From: Meiothermus sp.
GTDB taxonomy: Bacteria; Deinococcota; Deinococci; Deinococcales; Thermaceae
Reading direction: 5' to 3'
NCBI GenBank assembly: GCA_033762915.1
Contig: JANRLD010000107.1
Coordinates: forward strand, 1 to 64,000
DNA length: 64,000 bases
Shown: one piece after another, positions 47,052 to 58,272 of the stretch
Position numbering within the stretch: position 1 is the stretch's first letter
Layout: the number at the start of each line of letters is the position of its first letter
Made by a program: the position numbers and the translations under genes
The notes under the pieces: generated by a model
What the model was told of the DNA's origin: nothing
Database searches by the model: none
The model's input: only the letters and a program-made list of their open reading frames with translations

Positions 47052-49082
47052 ATGAAGACCGTACGCACCATGTGCCCGATGAACTGCCATCCGACGCTGT
47101 GCGGAATGCTGGTCGATGTCGAGAACAACAAAGTTGTTGGCGTTCGGGGTGACCCAGACAATCCCGACAGTCGTGGCTTCCTGTGCGTTCGTGGTCGGGC
47201 CGCACGTGAAATCATTGACAACCCAGCGCGGTTGCTGCATCCGCTGGTGCGTGATCGGCGCGAGGATTCGTTCCGTCGCGCCACCTGGGATGAAGCACTG
47301 AACCGCATTTGCACAGCGCTCGCGGCCGATGCGCCAGAAGCCACCGCCATCTGGCCAGGGCATGGGACATTCACAACCAACTACGGCACGCGCATCAACG
47401 CCCAGTTGTTCGCACGATTTGCAAACTTCCACGGCAGCCAGTTTTTCAACCCGACCATGATCTGTTGGGGGTTGGGTGCTTTTGGGTTGGCGCTCACCGG
47501 CATGCTCGAGACCCATACCAAAGAAGACATGGGCGAGCACTCGCACCTGATTTTGCTGTGGGGGGCCAACTTCGCCAGCCAGCCCAACACGGCACGCTTC
47601 GTCAACGCGGCCCGTGCCCGTGGTGCCAAGGTGGTGGCCATTGATGTTCGCCAGACCGAAGCCACAGCCAAGGCCGATGAAGTGCTGCTGCTGCGGCCTG
47701 GCACAGATGCCACCCTGGCCCTCGCGCTGATCCACGTGATTTGTGCGGAGCAGTTGTTCGACGCGGCCTTCGTAGACAAGCACACGGTTGGTTTTACAAC
47801 CCTCGCCGAGCATGTACGGGCCTTCTCGCCGCAGTGGGCGGCCAGTCTAACCGGCATCACAACCGAGCGCATCATCGCGCTGGCGCGGCTTTACGCCAAT
47901 ACCAAGCCAGCCATGATCGTGCTCGGCGGTAGTTCGATGCACAAGGGCGATAACGGCTGGCAGGCTTCTCGTTCGATTGCCTGTCTGCCCGGTCTAACGG
48001 GCAATGTGGGTATTCCTGGTGCTGGCTTTGGCCCACGCCACGGCGGCGCAGCGCATGGTCGGGGTCTGGCCAGCATCATCGAACCGCAGCGCCGCAAGCC
48101 AGGCACGGCCTTGCCAAATCAGATGGCGACCATGATTGAGGCCTTGAGTGATGGGCGTATCACCAATCTCCTGCTCATGGGCACCAACATGATCTCCTCC
48201 TTCCCCGACTCCACCAGGGTGGCTGAGGGACTGGCTCGAGCACGCCTGGTGGTGAGCTACGACCTCTTTCTCAACGACACCGCCCAGCGGTTTGCCGATG
48301 TGGTGCTGCCGTCTACCTCTTGGCTCGAGGAGTTGGGCTGCAAGTCTGCTTTCACGCACCTGTACCTAATGGAGCCAGCACTGGCCCCGGCTGGCGAGAC
48401 GCGCCCTGTCAGTTGGGTGATGCGCGAACTTGCCACCCGCCTAGGGCTCCATGGCTTCTTTCCCTGGCAATCCGACGAAGGGTTGCTGGATGCCATCCTC
48501 GATCACCCAGCCACCGGGCACGCGACAGTAGCTTCCTTACGGGCGCGGGGTGGCATCGGCGAACTACGGGTGTCGCACGTTGCCAATCCCAGCCTGGAGT
48601 TCGATACGCCCTCTGGCAAGATCGAGTTCTACTCCGAGGATGCCGCCCGTCTGGGCCTGCCAGCCTTGCCAGAGTGGCAAGCACCACGTCATCAGGCTGC
48701 CGACACCTCCTATCCGCTCACACTTACCCAGGGCCGTACCATCACACACTTTCACGGTTTCTACAACAATGGCCGCGAATTGCCGACGCTGGCCCGTCAT
48801 GAGTCAGAACCGAGGGTGTGGATCTCGCTCGCAGACGCTGCTACGCGCGGACTCTCCGAGGACGCACCCATCCGAATCTACAACGCTCGCGGCGAACTAT
48901 TGGCACGTGCCCATGTGACCGACCGTATTCCTAGAGGCACGCTTTGGCTGCGCGACGGATGGCCCGGCCTAAATACTCTGACCGATAGCGCGCCGGTCAT
49001 GAACGATGCTGCGGCTGACCGCTTCACGTTCTCCGCCGGGCAGTCGACCTTTGACGCGCACGTTGAGGTTGAAGCCGTGTGA
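47052..49082 (+). CDS. Molybdopterin-dependent oxidoreductase catalytic subunit
   Basis: CPMNCHPTLCG...GFLCVRG Fe-S motif, ADVVLPS.SWLE, TPSGKIEFYS, C-terminal molybdopterin-dinucleotide domain. Confidence 0.9.
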   Translation: MKTVRTMCPMNCHPTLCGMLVDVENNKVVGVRGDPDNPDSRGFLCVRGRAAREIIDNPARLLHPLVRDRREDSFRRATWDEALNRICTALAADAPEATAIWPGHGTFTTNYGTRINAQLFARFANFHGSQFFNPTMICWGLGAFGLALTGMLETHTKEDMGEHSHLILLWGANFASQPNTARFVNAARARGAKVVAIDVRQTEATAKADEVLLLRPGTDATLALALIHVICAEQLFDAAFVDKHTVGFTTLAEHVRAFSPQWAASLTGITTERIIALARLYANTKPAMIVLGGSSMHKGDNGWQASRSIACLPGLTGNVGIPGAGFGPRHGGAAHGRGLASIIEPQRRKPGTALPNQMATMIEALSDGRITNLLLMGTNMISSFPDSTRVAEGLARARLVVSYDLFLNDTAQRFADVVLPSTSWLEELGCKSAFTHLYLMEPALAPAGETRPVSWVMRELATRLGLHGFFPWQSDEGLLDAILDHPATGHATVASLRARGGIGELRVSHVANPSLEFDTPSGKIEFYSEDAARLGLPALPEWQAPRHQAADTSYPLTLTQGRTITHFHGFYNNGRELPTLARHESEPRVWISLADAATRGLSEDAPIRIYNARGELLARAHVTDRIPRGTLWLRDGWPGLNTLTDSAPVMNDAAADRFTFSAGQSTFDAHVEVEAV

Positions 49083-49166
49083 TTCTCCATGTTTCTACAC
49101 TGATGCCGCAGTTGCGAAGTGTCACCTAACCACTCATCAGAGGCTGTGTTTACCAACGGGAAGGCT

Positions 49167-50120
49167 ATGAGTAACCCACCCCCCAACAAATCTGGTCGTA
49201 TCGGTTTTAAATGGTTCTCGAGCCTGCCGATGGTGCTCTGCTTTTTGGTTATGGTTTTCTTCACCAGCACCACAACCCGTCCCGTCTTCGCAGCAAACAA
49301 TTCAACCTGGAAGTTGACCTGGAGTGAGGAGTTTAGCGCCGCTGCCCGAACGGGTGTCAACCCCGCAAACTGGATGTATAGCCTTGGTCATGGCTATGGT
49401 TGTTCGGGCTGCCCCATCAACTGGGGCACCGGTGAAATAGCCCGGATGACCAACAGTACCGCCAATGTATACCACGATGGTGCTGGCCGCTTAGCCATCA
49501 AGCCGATTCGAGCGGGGACTCCGGGTGCGTATACCTGGACTTCAGGTCGTATCGAGACCCGACGGACAGACTTTCAACCCACCCCCGGTGGAGCAGTTGC
49601 TTTTGAAGCCCGGATCTCCCTTCCGAATGTGTCAGGCCCAGCCGCCCAGGGCTACTGGCCCGCCTTTTGGTCACTGGGTGCGCCGTTCCGAGGCAACTAC
49701 CTGAACTGGCCAAGCGTCGGCGAAATTGATGTGCTGGAAAACATCAACGGTCAAAACACGGTTTGGCACACCATGCATTGCGGGACTGCGCCCGGAGGGC
49801 CATGCAACGAGTTTACCGGGCTTGGTAGTGGCCCGATTTCTGGCTGGTCCCCGCCCTTGCAGGGCAACTTTTACGTTTATCGGATGGAGTTTGACAAGGC
49901 TACCTCGCCACAGGAAATACGCTGGTATGTGAATGGCCGGCAGACCTGGAAGCTGACCGCCGATAGGGTAGATGCCAACACCTGGACCAACGCGACCAAC
50001 CACGGGTTCTTTATCATCCTCAATGTGGCCATCGGGGGCGGCTGGCCCGGAAGTCCTACTGATCAAACGGAGTCTGGAGTACCGATGCTGGTGGACTATG
50101 TGCGGGTGTATAACCGCTAA
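49167..50120 (+). CDS. Secreted glycoside hydrolase family 16 (beta-1,3-glucanase-like)
   Basis: Catalytic GEIDVLE, WPAFW, TSGRIET, ILNVAIGG.WPG. Confidence 0.9.
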   Translation: MSNPPPNKSGRIGFKWFSSLPMVLCFLVMVFFTSTTTRPVFAANNSTWKLTWSEEFSAAARTGVNPANWMYSLGHGYGCSGCPINWGTGEIARMTNSTANVYHDGAGRLAIKPIRAGTPGAYTWTSGRIETRRTDFQPTPGGAVAFEARISLPNVSGPAAQGYWPAFWSLGAPFRGNYLNWPSVGEIDVLENINGQNTVWHTMHCGTAPGGPCNEFTGLGSGPISGWSPPLQGNFYVYRMEFDKATSPQEIRWYVNGRQTWKLTADRVDANTWTNATNHGFFIILNVAIGGGWPGSPTDQTESGVPMLVDYVRVYNR

Positions 50121-50514
50121 CGGTTACCAAAAACAACACCCTTGAGATGCCGAAGGGTTCGGTGATATAGGCCGGGTCGCTTAGGTCGCACTCGAGCATC
50201 ACACCAAAAGCTCCTGACTCCTGTTTCAGAAAGTCAAAACCCAATCCCCCCAACCTCGGCACAGCCTTCCTCCGCTTCGCTCTGCCCCTTGAGTACTGTC
50301 ATCAGGTAGTAAAACTCCGGTATCTCGTTTTGCCCTCGAGACCCAACGCTATCCCCAGCGCTTTTCTGGTGTGTTTACGTACCATCACCTCAAGGCCAGA
50401 GGTTTGGTCTGCCAACGCAACTGAAAGCCCGCACAAAAAGTCCAACTTCTAGCGCTTGCCGACCGATACCGGTTTGTGGGGTTCTGGTGTTTGACTGGCT
50501 ATGAGCCGTAGCTT

Positions 50515-50580
50515 TGTATAAAATACTTGACATCGTGTAAGAAAACTTTTACATTGGTTCCATGTCAAAAACGTTTGACA
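50515..50580 (+). promoter_or_regulatory. Sigma70-type promoter with three 18-bp palindromic operators
   Basis: TTGACA(50527)-17bp-TACATT(50550), operators at 50515, 50536 and 50563. Confidence 0.75.
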
Positions 50581-51017
50581 TCACGAAGGAGATGACGCTC
50601 GAGGAGAGGCTCATCTGGGTTTCGGCCGGGGTTTTGCTGGGTTCGGCTGGGGTCTACTGGGGGGTGATTCTCGGGCGGGCGCGGTACATTCCCATCACCG
50701 AGGTGCCTTACGGGTGGGCCATGTTCTGGAGCCTGGGGGCCGTGGTGCTGGGCTCTCTAGCGGTCGCGGTCGCGACGGTCATCCTGGCCCCCAGGGAGGC
50801 CGACCAAAAGGATCAGCGCGACCGCGAGGTCGGCCGCCACGGCGACGCGGCGGGGTACAACGTCTTGGCGTTGGGCTGCCTGGGGGTGCTGGCCCTGACG
50901 GTTGCCGGGGCCGAGCCCTTCTGGGTTGCCCATAGCCTCTACCTGTGCTGTGTGGTGGCGGGGCTCTGGAGCGCGGTAACCAAGATCATCGCCTATCGCC
51001 GGGGGTTCTCGCCTTGA
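50562..51017 (+). CDS. Membrane protein (DUF2178-like)
   Basis: Four TM helices, D.RDREV motif, ends YRRG, coupled to the XRE gene. Confidence 0.7.
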   Translation: MSKTFDITKEMTLEERLIWVSAGVLLGSAGVYWGVILGRARYIPITEVPYGWAMFWSLGAVVLGSLAVAVATVILAPREADQKDQRDREVGRHGDAAGYNVLALGCLGVLALTVAGAEPFWVAHSLYLCCVVAGLWSAVTKIIAYRRGFSP

Positions 51018-51241
51018 AGCCGACCAGGGTCACCAACCGCATCCGCCAGCTGCGGTTCGCCCACGGGGAGATGACCCAGGCCGAACTCGCCGAGCGGGTC
51101 GGCCTCACCCGCCAGACCATCATCGCCATCGAGCAGGGTCGCTACTCCCCCTCCCTCGAGATGGCCTTCCAGATCGCTAGGGTGTTCAAGGTGCCGCTCG
51201 AGAGCGTCTTCGAGTACACCGACCCGGATAGCGACACCTAA
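51014..51241 (+). CDS. XRE-family HTH transcriptional regulator
   Basis: NRIRQLR...MTQAELAERVGLTRQTIIAIEQGRYSPSLE, TTGA overlap. Confidence 0.9.
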   Translation: MKPTRVTNRIRQLRFAHGEMTQAELAERVGLTRQTIIAIEQGRYSPSLEMAFQIARVFKVPLESVFEYTDPDSDT

Positions 51242-51423
51242 CCGCGGTTCCCACCCATACCTGGCACCGTAAACACCGGCGCCCTGGGTAGTCGTGGGAA
51301 GCGCTGCAAGTCCGACAGCACCGGCAAAAGTCAGGGTTTATACCTAAAGGCTCGAGGGAGCCGAGGGTTTCCTATTGGCTCTTTTCACCCAATCTGGCAA
51401 CCCAAAACCGGAAGGAATCAACT

Positions 51424-52089
51424 ATGAAGGCCCAGAAACGCAGCCCCGAATGGCTCTTCCCGACAGCCCTGATCCTGCTCGGCTTGGTTCCGGCCATTGC
51501 CGGGGCCGCCCGCGTCAACCAGTTGAGCAGCGGTGCGGAAATCACGCCAGAAAACGCCCGGTTTTTTGCTGCGCCGCTTCCGGTGGTGCTGCATATCCTT
51601 GGGGCGACGCTGTACTCCTTGCTCGGGGCTTTTCAGTTCGCCCCTGGATTTCGCCCTGCGCGGCCGGGTTGGCACCGCGCCGCCGGTCGGCTGCTGATTC
51701 CCAGCGGGCTTGTCGTGGCGCTGACCGGGCTGTGGATGGCCCACTTCTACCCCTGGCCCCGCTTCGACGGTGAAATCCTCTACGGCCTTAGGTTGCTGTT
51801 CGGGACGGTCATGACGCTCTCGATCCTGCTCGTGGTTGTGGCTCTTTTCCGGCGCGACTTCACCCGGCACGGGGCCTGGATGATCCGGGCCTACGCCATC
51901 GGGCTGGGTGCGGGTACCCAGGTTTTCACCCACATCCCCTGGGCACTGTGGCCGGAGATGCACAGCGAGCTGACCCGGGCGCTGTGCATGGGCGCGGGCT
52001 GGGTGATCAACGCCGCCGTGGCCGAGTGGATTGTCCGCAGGTGGTTCACCCGGCCCACTCGAGGCCCTAGGGTCGCGGCGCAGCCATGA
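51424..52089 (+). CDS. DUF2306 family membrane protein
   Basis: LHI, WHRAAGR, HGAWMIRAYAI. Confidence 0.82.
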   Translation: MKAQKRSPEWLFPTALILLGLVPAIAGAARVNQLSSGAEITPENARFFAAPLPVVLHILGATLYSLLGAFQFAPGFRPARPGWHRAAGRLLIPSGLVVALTGLWMAHFYPWPRFDGEILYGLRLLFGTVMTLSILLVVVALFRRDFTRHGAWMIRAYAIGLGAGTQVFTHIPWALWPEMHSELTRALCMGAGWVINAAVAEWIVRRWFTRPTRGPRVAAQP

Positions 52090-52475
52090 GGGCCCGCTGG
52101 ACAGACCCTCCCCACGCCCCAAGGCTTGAGTTCACCCACCTGTGGCACCAGAATCTGGACTTCGCGCAGCGCCTCGTTCTCGAGTACGTTTTGCTGGCAT
52201 GCTGGTAGAATTCGGCTCCTAATGACTTTCCCGCATCGTACCGCCGAGGCTAGGGGATTGGAGGAGTTTGTGGGGCGGGGGTATCCCGACTCGCAGCGAG
52301 GTGTCTGTGTCGATGTGGCGGGGGTTTGGAGCGCGTCGTCCGGGGGCCGCCGGGCTATCTGGCCAACCCTCGAGGGGGAGGCCGTGGAGCCTGACCGAGT
52401 CCCCTGGCCCGATGCCGTTGAGGGGTTGAAGGAGTTGTGCTCGAGTCCTGCTCGGCCCTGCGTGGAGGTAAAAAG

Positions 52476-52916
52476 ATGAAACGGGTTGAGTTCACGGCCA
52501 TCTGCAACGCAGACGCGCAGACCACCTGGAAGCATTTTGTGGCAGAGCTGTGGCTTAAGGGCGCAGGCCTTACCCCGCGGATGGTTGTGGAAGACGCGGG
52601 CGACACAACGGGAAACGGCGCCACCCGGTGGATTCCGGTGTTTGGCCGGTTGGGCATCCGCGAGGCAATCACCCTGACCCAATATCCGGAGTATCTCCAA
52701 TACCAGGTCATGGATCTTAAGACCTCGGCATTCCCGGTCAGGCATCACCTGGGCAGGGTCGACTTTGTGCCCGTGGATGGCGGAAAAACTCGGGTGGTGT
52801 GGAGCATTGAGTACACACCCAAACCCGGCTCGGGATGGTTCGTACAGATGATCGTCGGTTACGTCATCCCCAACTACCTCAAGGCCCTGGAACGAATCTG
52901 CGCCAATCCATCCTGA
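52476..52916 (+). CDS. SRPBCC (polyketide cyclase-like) family protein
   Basis: GGAGG RBS, GIREAI...YQV...HHLGRVDF.P.DGG.TRVVWS. Confidence 0.78.
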   Translation: MKRVEFTAICNADAQTTWKHFVAELWLKGAGLTPRMVVEDAGDTTGNGATRWIPVFGRLGIREAITLTQYPEYLQYQVMDLKTSAFPVRHHLGRVDFVPVDGGKTRVVWSIEYTPKPGSGWFVQMIVGYVIPNYLKALERICANPS

Positions 52917-53198
52917 ACCAAACGAATGTTCACACCGGCTCGAGCCACCTGGCCGAGGCGGTGAAGCGCCTGACCCAGACCCGGGTTTAGGCTTGCTAGA
53001 GAGGGGTGGCTCGAGGGAGCCGCCCACGCACAGAGGCCCTGCTCGAGGCCCCGATCTTCACACCGAAATTTCGGTAGGTCGGTCTAGCCCCGAGACCCAA
53101 ACGACACCCCCGAGACCCCCGTTTCCTACCGTTTAGCGTACGGCGCACTCACCCTGCCGTCCGTGGCCTAAGCGCCTCGGTTCTACGGAGGTCTCTTA

Positions 53199-55793
53199 GT
53201 GAAGCAACACACCCATGCCGTCGCCGTGCTGGCCCTGGCGGTTCTGATCGCGGCCTGTGGCTCGCCGCCCGACCAGAGCCCGGTCGTCAGCCTCTCCACC
53301 GCCCAGACCGCCCAGGACGGCCGCCCGCTCACGCTGGTAGCCACCGTAACCAGTCCGGCCAGCACTGCCATCACCAAAGTGGAGTTCTTCCGGGGTCAGA
53401 CTCGGCTGGGCGAGGACGCCAGCAGCCCCTACGAGTTCACCCTGCCGCTGAGCGTCAGCGCCGACACCACCCTCGAGTTCAGCGCCACCGCCACCGACGA
53501 ACAGAACCGCACCGGCAGGAAGAGCCTCTCGGTACCCGTCACCGCCGACACCCAGGCCCCCACGGCAGGGCTCAGCGGCAGCTCCAGCAGCTTTGTCACC
53601 GGCGGAACCCTGACCTTGAGCGCCACCGTAAACGACAACGTCGGGGTGCAGAAGGTGGAGTTCTACCGGGCAACTGCCAAGCTGGGCGAGGACACCGAAG
53701 CCCCATACAGCCTCGAGGTGCCCATCACCTCCGCGGACAACGGCAGCCTCGAGTTCAGCGCCAGGGCCTACGACTTCAAGGGCCTCGAGGCCAGCTCGGC
53801 GGTTTTCGCGGTGACGGTGGACATCGACGAGATTCCGCCCACCGTCAGCCTCAGCCGCAGCCCCGGCAGCCTCACCGCGCCGGGCAGCATCACCCTCAGC
53901 GCCACTGCCTCAGACAACAAGGGCGTGGCCAAGGTGGAGTTCTTCAACGGCACCACCCTGCTGGGCGAGGACACCACCAGCCCCTACAGCTTCAACGTGG
54001 CCTACAGCGCCAGCTACAACAACACCGATAGCTTTACTGCCCGCGCTGTGGATATAGACGGCAACACCGCCACCAGCAGCGCGGTCACGGCGAACATTGA
54101 CATTGACATCACCCCGCCCACGGTCAGCCTGACGTCCTCGAGTGCCAGCTTCACCGCACCCGCAACCCTGACCCTCACCGCCGCCGCCAGCGACAACCGC
54201 GCAGTAGCGAGGGTGGAGTTCTACCGGGGCAGCACCCTCTTGGTCAGCGACACCACCGCGCCCTACAGCCACAGCCTGTCCCTGACCGCACCGGACAACG
54301 GCAATCTAAGCTTCTCGGCCATTGCTTTTGATACCCGCAACAACCAGGGCCAAGACACCGAGACCGTCTCGGTGGCGATTCCGCCTTCGATTGCCGCCTT
54401 CACCCCCAGCGTCACCTCGTTCACCTCGGACGGCGGGGCCTTCACCCTCAACTTTTCGGCGGCCAACTTCAGCGCCCTCACCCTGAGTGCCAACCCCACC
54501 ACCGGCCTGACCGGCCTGCCCAGTGGCCCCCTGGCTCCCTCCGCCACCTCGCAGAGCCTCAGCCTGTCGCCCAACACCACCCGCTTCGACCGCACCTACC
54601 AGTTCACCTTAAACGCCGCAGGCCACGGCGGGGTGACCCCCAGCACCTTGACCCTCAGCCTGACCCAGACCCCGGCCTTTAGCAACATTTCAGCCGGATT
54701 CTACGGAACCTGCGCCTTGATTGGTGGGCAGCTTCACTGCTGGGGCGGCTTCCCCAATGTGGGAGCAACGGTGCCTCAGGCCAGCTTGGTAGCTCAGGGA
54801 GCGATTCCGGCGGGGGTCAGTGTGGCTCAGCTGAGCGTGGGGTATACCGCGTGTATTATCGGCTCCAACAACGTGGCCTACTGCTGGGGGGCCAACCTCA
54901 ACGGCTCGGCGGGGGATGGAACCACCAACCCCAAGGCCAGCCCAGTCGCGGTGAGCCAAGGGGCCATACCAGCGGGTGTGACCCTAACCCGCATCGCCAC
55001 CAAAACCTCGCACACCTGCGCTATCGGCAGCAACGGACGGGTTTATTGCTGGGGCTGGAACGCGTTTGGTCAGTTGGGCGGCGGCAACCTCAACGACTCG
55101 AGCGTACCCGCAGGGGTCAGCAATAGCTTCTTCCCCACGGCGGCGCGGCCCCTGACTGATGTCACTACTGGGGATGCCCACTCGTGTGCACTGGGCAGCG
55201 ATGGCAGCGCCCACTGCTGGGGCTACAACTTTGCGGGTCAGTTGGGCAACAACTCCACTGGCAACTCCACCTTTGCCACTCCAGTTGAGCAGGGAGCCAG
55301 ACCCGCCGGGGTGACTTATACCAAACTCAGTGCGGGCTATTCCCACACCTGTGCGCTGGGCAGCAATGGCTGGATTTACTGCTGGGGGCTGGGCAACGCC
55401 CACCAACTGGGTAACGCCAGTGCTCAAAACCGAATCGTGCCAGTGGCGGTTTCCTCGAGTGGTCTGCCCGCTGGCCTAACCTTTACCGATGTGTCCGCCG
55501 GAAACTTCCATACCTGCGCCTTAGGCTCCAACGCCCAAGTCTACTGCTGGGGCACGGGCTTTGCGGCAGGTGCAAGCACCTCGAGTACCTCAATCACCAC
55601 CCCCACCGCACTGCCCAACGGAACCATCCCTGCTGGGGCAACGATTACCCAGCTCTCCAGCGGCGCCGACCACGCCTGCGCCATCGGCAGCGACAGGCGG
55701 GCCTACTGCTGGGGCAGCAACACCGACAGCAAACTCGGGCGCGTCAGCGCGGATACTTCGGCCCCAGGGCGGGTGCTGAGCCCTACACCGTAG
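53199..55793 (+). CDS. Lipoprotein with four Ig-like repeats and an RCC1-repeat propeller
   Basis: Lipobox IAAC, four KVEF(F/Y).G...LGED...PY units, HTCALGS.G..YCWG.N..GQLG repeats. Confidence 0.92.
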   Translation: MKQHTHAVAVLALAVLIAACGSPPDQSPVVSLSTAQTAQDGRPLTLVATVTSPASTAITKVEFFRGQTRLGEDASSPYEFTLPLSVSADTTLEFSATATDEQNRTGRKSLSVPVTADTQAPTAGLSGSSSSFVTGGTLTLSATVNDNVGVQKVEFYRATAKLGEDTEAPYSLEVPITSADNGSLEFSARAYDFKGLEASSAVFAVTVDIDEIPPTVSLSRSPGSLTAPGSITLSATASDNKGVAKVEFFNGTTLLGEDTTSPYSFNVAYSASYNNTDSFTARAVDIDGNTATSSAVTANIDIDITPPTVSLTSSSASFTAPATLTLTAAASDNRAVARVEFYRGSTLLVSDTTAPYSHSLSLTAPDNGNLSFSAIAFDTRNNQGQDTETVSVAIPPSIAAFTPSVTSFTSDGGAFTLNFSAANFSALTLSANPTTGLTGLPSGPLAPSATSQSLSLSPNTTRFDRTYQFTLNAAGHGGVTPSTLTLSLTQTPAFSNISAGFYGTCALIGGQLHCWGGFPNVGATVPQASLVAQGAIPAGVSVAQLSVGYTACIIGSNNVAYCWGANLNGSAGDGTTNPKASPVAVSQGAIPAGVTLTRIATKTSHTCAIGSNGRVYCWGWNAFGQLGGGNLNDSSVPAGVSNSFFPTAARPLTDVTTGDAHSCALGSDGSAHCWGYNFAGQLGNNSTGNSTFATPVEQGARPAGVTYTKLSAGYSHTCALGSNGWIYCWGLGNAHQLGNASAQNRIVPVAVSSSGLPAGLTFTDVSAGNFHTCALGSNAQVYCWGTGFAAGASTSSTSITTPTALPNGTIPAGATITQLSSGADHACAIGSDRRAYCWGSNTDSKLGRVSADTSAPGRVLSPTP

Positions 55794-55851
55794 AGCGCGT
55801 TTATGAAGTCCAGACCGTCAGCGAAAGTCAACGGCATTCGCTTTGCTCATT

Positions 55852-55939
55852 CCCTCACCCCCAGCCCCTCTCCCTCTGGGAGAGGGGTTCTAACCTGCAA
55901 AAGCCCTTCTCCCTCTGGGAGAAGGGTTGGGATGAGGGG
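55852..55939. repeat. REP-like CCCTCTCCC/GGGAGAGGG double-hairpin element
   Basis: CCCTCACCCC..CCCCTCTCCC-TCT-GGGAGAGGGG..CCCTTCTCCC-TCT-GGGAGAAGGG..GGATGAGGG. Confidence 0.75.
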
Positions 55940-56017
55940 CAGTGACTCCTGAAGCCAAAAGAAACCTTGAATAGACCGCTGACCATAGACCTTCGACATC
56001 TTCACTGAGGTAATCCC

Positions 56018-57298
56018 ATGAAAACCCTACTCACCCTTCTGATCGTCCTTATGGCAGGTATCGGCATGACCCAAGAACTTGACACCAACCAAAAACGCGA
56101 CCTCCGCGCCGCCCGCCTCAAACTCGACAGCACCGAACGCCTGCTCAAAAACTACGCCGATCGCGATGCCGCCGAGACCGAGCGCTGGTACGGCCGCGAA
56201 AAGGCCAAGTTCGAAGAGAATCTCAAAGAGGCCAAGGAAGACCTCGACAAGTTGCCCCCCGCTCACCCCGAAGTGGCCCTACAGCTCGAGCGCTTCCAGA
56301 CCCTGAGCGCACAGGTACAGGCGGTGGCGCAAAAGGCCGGGGCGGTCTCGAGCCAGAATGCCGCGTTGGCTTCCGATTGGGCCACCTATGCGGCCTCGCC
56401 GCAGTACAAAACCGACAGGGAATTCCTGCAGTCCCTCTCCGAAATCATCCGTGTCAGCAACTCCCTCTGGGATTTAAAGGATTTCAAGCTGGGCTCTGCG
56501 GCTAACGACGCCTGGCGCAAGCGCGACCTCGAGTTGGCCCAAAGCCTCCCCAACATGGTTAAAACCCTGGACAGCCTGATTGCCCGCTACGAGGCCGCAG
56601 GCCGCGAGGCCCAGCGCGACCTGACTTTCGCCAAGGCCCAGAAAGCGTACTTCGCCGCTGTGGTGGCCGCCGCCGAAGCATTCAAGGCGGGCGCTCCCAC
56701 GGCCATCAACAATCAAGTGGCCAACTTCAACAAGGTCTTGGCCGAGGCCACCAGCCGCAAAGACTACCTGGCCTTCGGGCCGTTTGGCGACGTGGGCGCG
56801 GCCAGCAATACCGCCGCCCACAACGCCCAGGTCTACAAAATCATGGTTCCCGGTAGCGCAGCTCAGATGGATGCTGTCATCGGCAAGCTTCAGGCGACCA
56901 TGAAAGCTACTGTCGACAAGCTGTCCGCCGACATCATTAAGAGCAACAACCCGCCCACCGACAGCTATAGCGGGGCCGATGCCGCCGCCCTCAAGTCCCA
57001 GGTGCAGAAGTGGTGGAGTGCTCAGTACGCCAAAGATCAGATCATGCTGGTGCGGCTGCATGGGCAGTGGAACCGCAATGCGGGCTACCGCTGGGATCGC
57101 TTTAGCGAGGCCTGGGTCAAGTTCGACGAAAGCTACCTTAATGCCACCGTGGTGATTCGTTTTGATGGGCAGTATGCCGCCACCTTCCCAGTCCGCATTG
57201 GCAAGAACGGCCTGACCGGGGCACTCTACCCCGAGTTGCTGGCCAGGGCGGACAAGCCCGGCCCCAACTACTTGGTGCTGCTCAGCAAGTTCAAGTAA
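56018..57298 (+). CDS. Secreted alpha-helical hypothetical protein
   Basis: Signal peptide, GAGG RBS, 426 aa. Confidence 0.75.
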   Translation: MKTLLTLLIVLMAGIGMTQELDTNQKRDLRAARLKLDSTERLLKNYADRDAAETERWYGREKAKFEENLKEAKEDLDKLPPAHPEVALQLERFQTLSAQVQAVAQKAGAVSSQNAALASDWATYAASPQYKTDREFLQSLSEIIRVSNSLWDLKDFKLGSAANDAWRKRDLELAQSLPNMVKTLDSLIARYEAAGREAQRDLTFAKAQKAYFAAVVAAAEAFKAGAPTAINNQVANFNKVLAEATSRKDYLAFGPFGDVGAASNTAAHNAQVYKIMVPGSAAQMDAVIGKLQATMKATVDKLSADIIKSNNPPTDSYSGADAAALKSQVQKWWSAQYAKDQIMLVRLHGQWNRNAGYRWDRFSEAWVKFDESYLNATVVIRFDGQYAATFPVRIGKNGLTGALYPELLARADKPGPNYLVLLSKFK

Positions 57299-57477
57299 GT
57301 CAGGGCTGTGCGCTCGAGCCGAAGCCGGTCCTTCGGGACCCGGAAACGCTGCGGTGGTGGGTCGAGCGGGAAAGGGGCGGGTTTGGGGATGGCTCCCCCT
57401 GGCTCGGCCCGCTGGTCCAGACTGGGAAAACCCCAGTCTCAACTCGCGCTCTGCGACTCGAGGTATGCTGTCGGCCA

Positions 57478-58272
57478 ATGGAACAGTATCACCGCCTGAT
57501 GCGTCACATTCTCGAGTCCGGCACCCGCAAAACCGACCGCACCGGCACGGGCACGCTTTCGGTGTTTGGGTATCAGATGCGTTTCGACCTGGCCGAGGGC
57601 TTCCCGCTGGTTACCACCAAAAAGCTGCACCTGCGCTCGATCATTCACGAGCTGCTGTGGTTTTTGAAGGGCGACACCAACGTGAAGTATCTGCGCGACA
57701 ACGGCGTGACCATCTGGGACGAGTGGGCCGACGCGCAGGGCGAACTCGGGCCGGTCTACGGCCACCAGTGGCGCAGCTGGCCCACTCCGGACGGGCGCCA
57801 CATCGACCAGATCGCCCAGGTGGTAGGCCAGATTCGCCGCAGCCCGGACAGCCGCCGCCTGATGGTGAGCGCGTGGAATGTGGGCGAGATCGAGAAGATG
57901 GCCCTCCCACCCTGCCATGCCCTGTTCCAGTTCTACGTCGCCGACGGCAAACTCTCCTGCCAGCTCTACCAGCGCAGTGCCGACGTGTTCCTGGGGGTGC
58001 CCTTTAACATCGCCTCCTACGCCCTGCTGACCCAGATGGTCGCCCAGGTGACGGGCCTGAGGCCGGGCGAGTTCGTGCACACCCTGGGCGACGCGCATCT
58101 ATACCTGAATCACCTCGAGCAGGCCCGCCTCCAGCTCGGCCGCGAGCCCCGCCCCCTGCCCCAGATGGTGCTAAACCCCGAGCGCAGTGAACTCGAGGCG
58201 TTCGTCTACGAGGACTTCACCCTGATCGGCTACGACCCCCATCCTGGCATCAAGGCCCCGATCGCGGTGTAG
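57478..58272 (+). CDS. thyA: Thymidylate synthase
   Basis: [30 protein letters not shown]. Confidence 0.98.
   Translation: MEQYHRLMRHILESGTRKTDRTGTGTLSVFGYQMRFDLAEGFPLVTTKKLHLRSIIHELLWFLKGDTNVKYLRDNGVTIWDEWADAQGELGPVYGHQWRSWPTPDGRHIDQIAQVVGQIRRSPDSRRLMVSAWNVGEIEKMALPPCHALFQFYVADGKLSCQLYQRSADVFLGVPFNIASYALLTQMVAQVTGLRPGEFVHTLGDAHLYLNHLEQARLQLGREPRPLPQMVLNPERSELEAFVYEDFTLIGYDPHPGIKAPIAV

Noticed and set aside
51891..53027. 378-aa minus-strand ORF
   Set aside because: It overlaps DUF2306 and SRPBCC genes on the opposite strand and has no domain signal.
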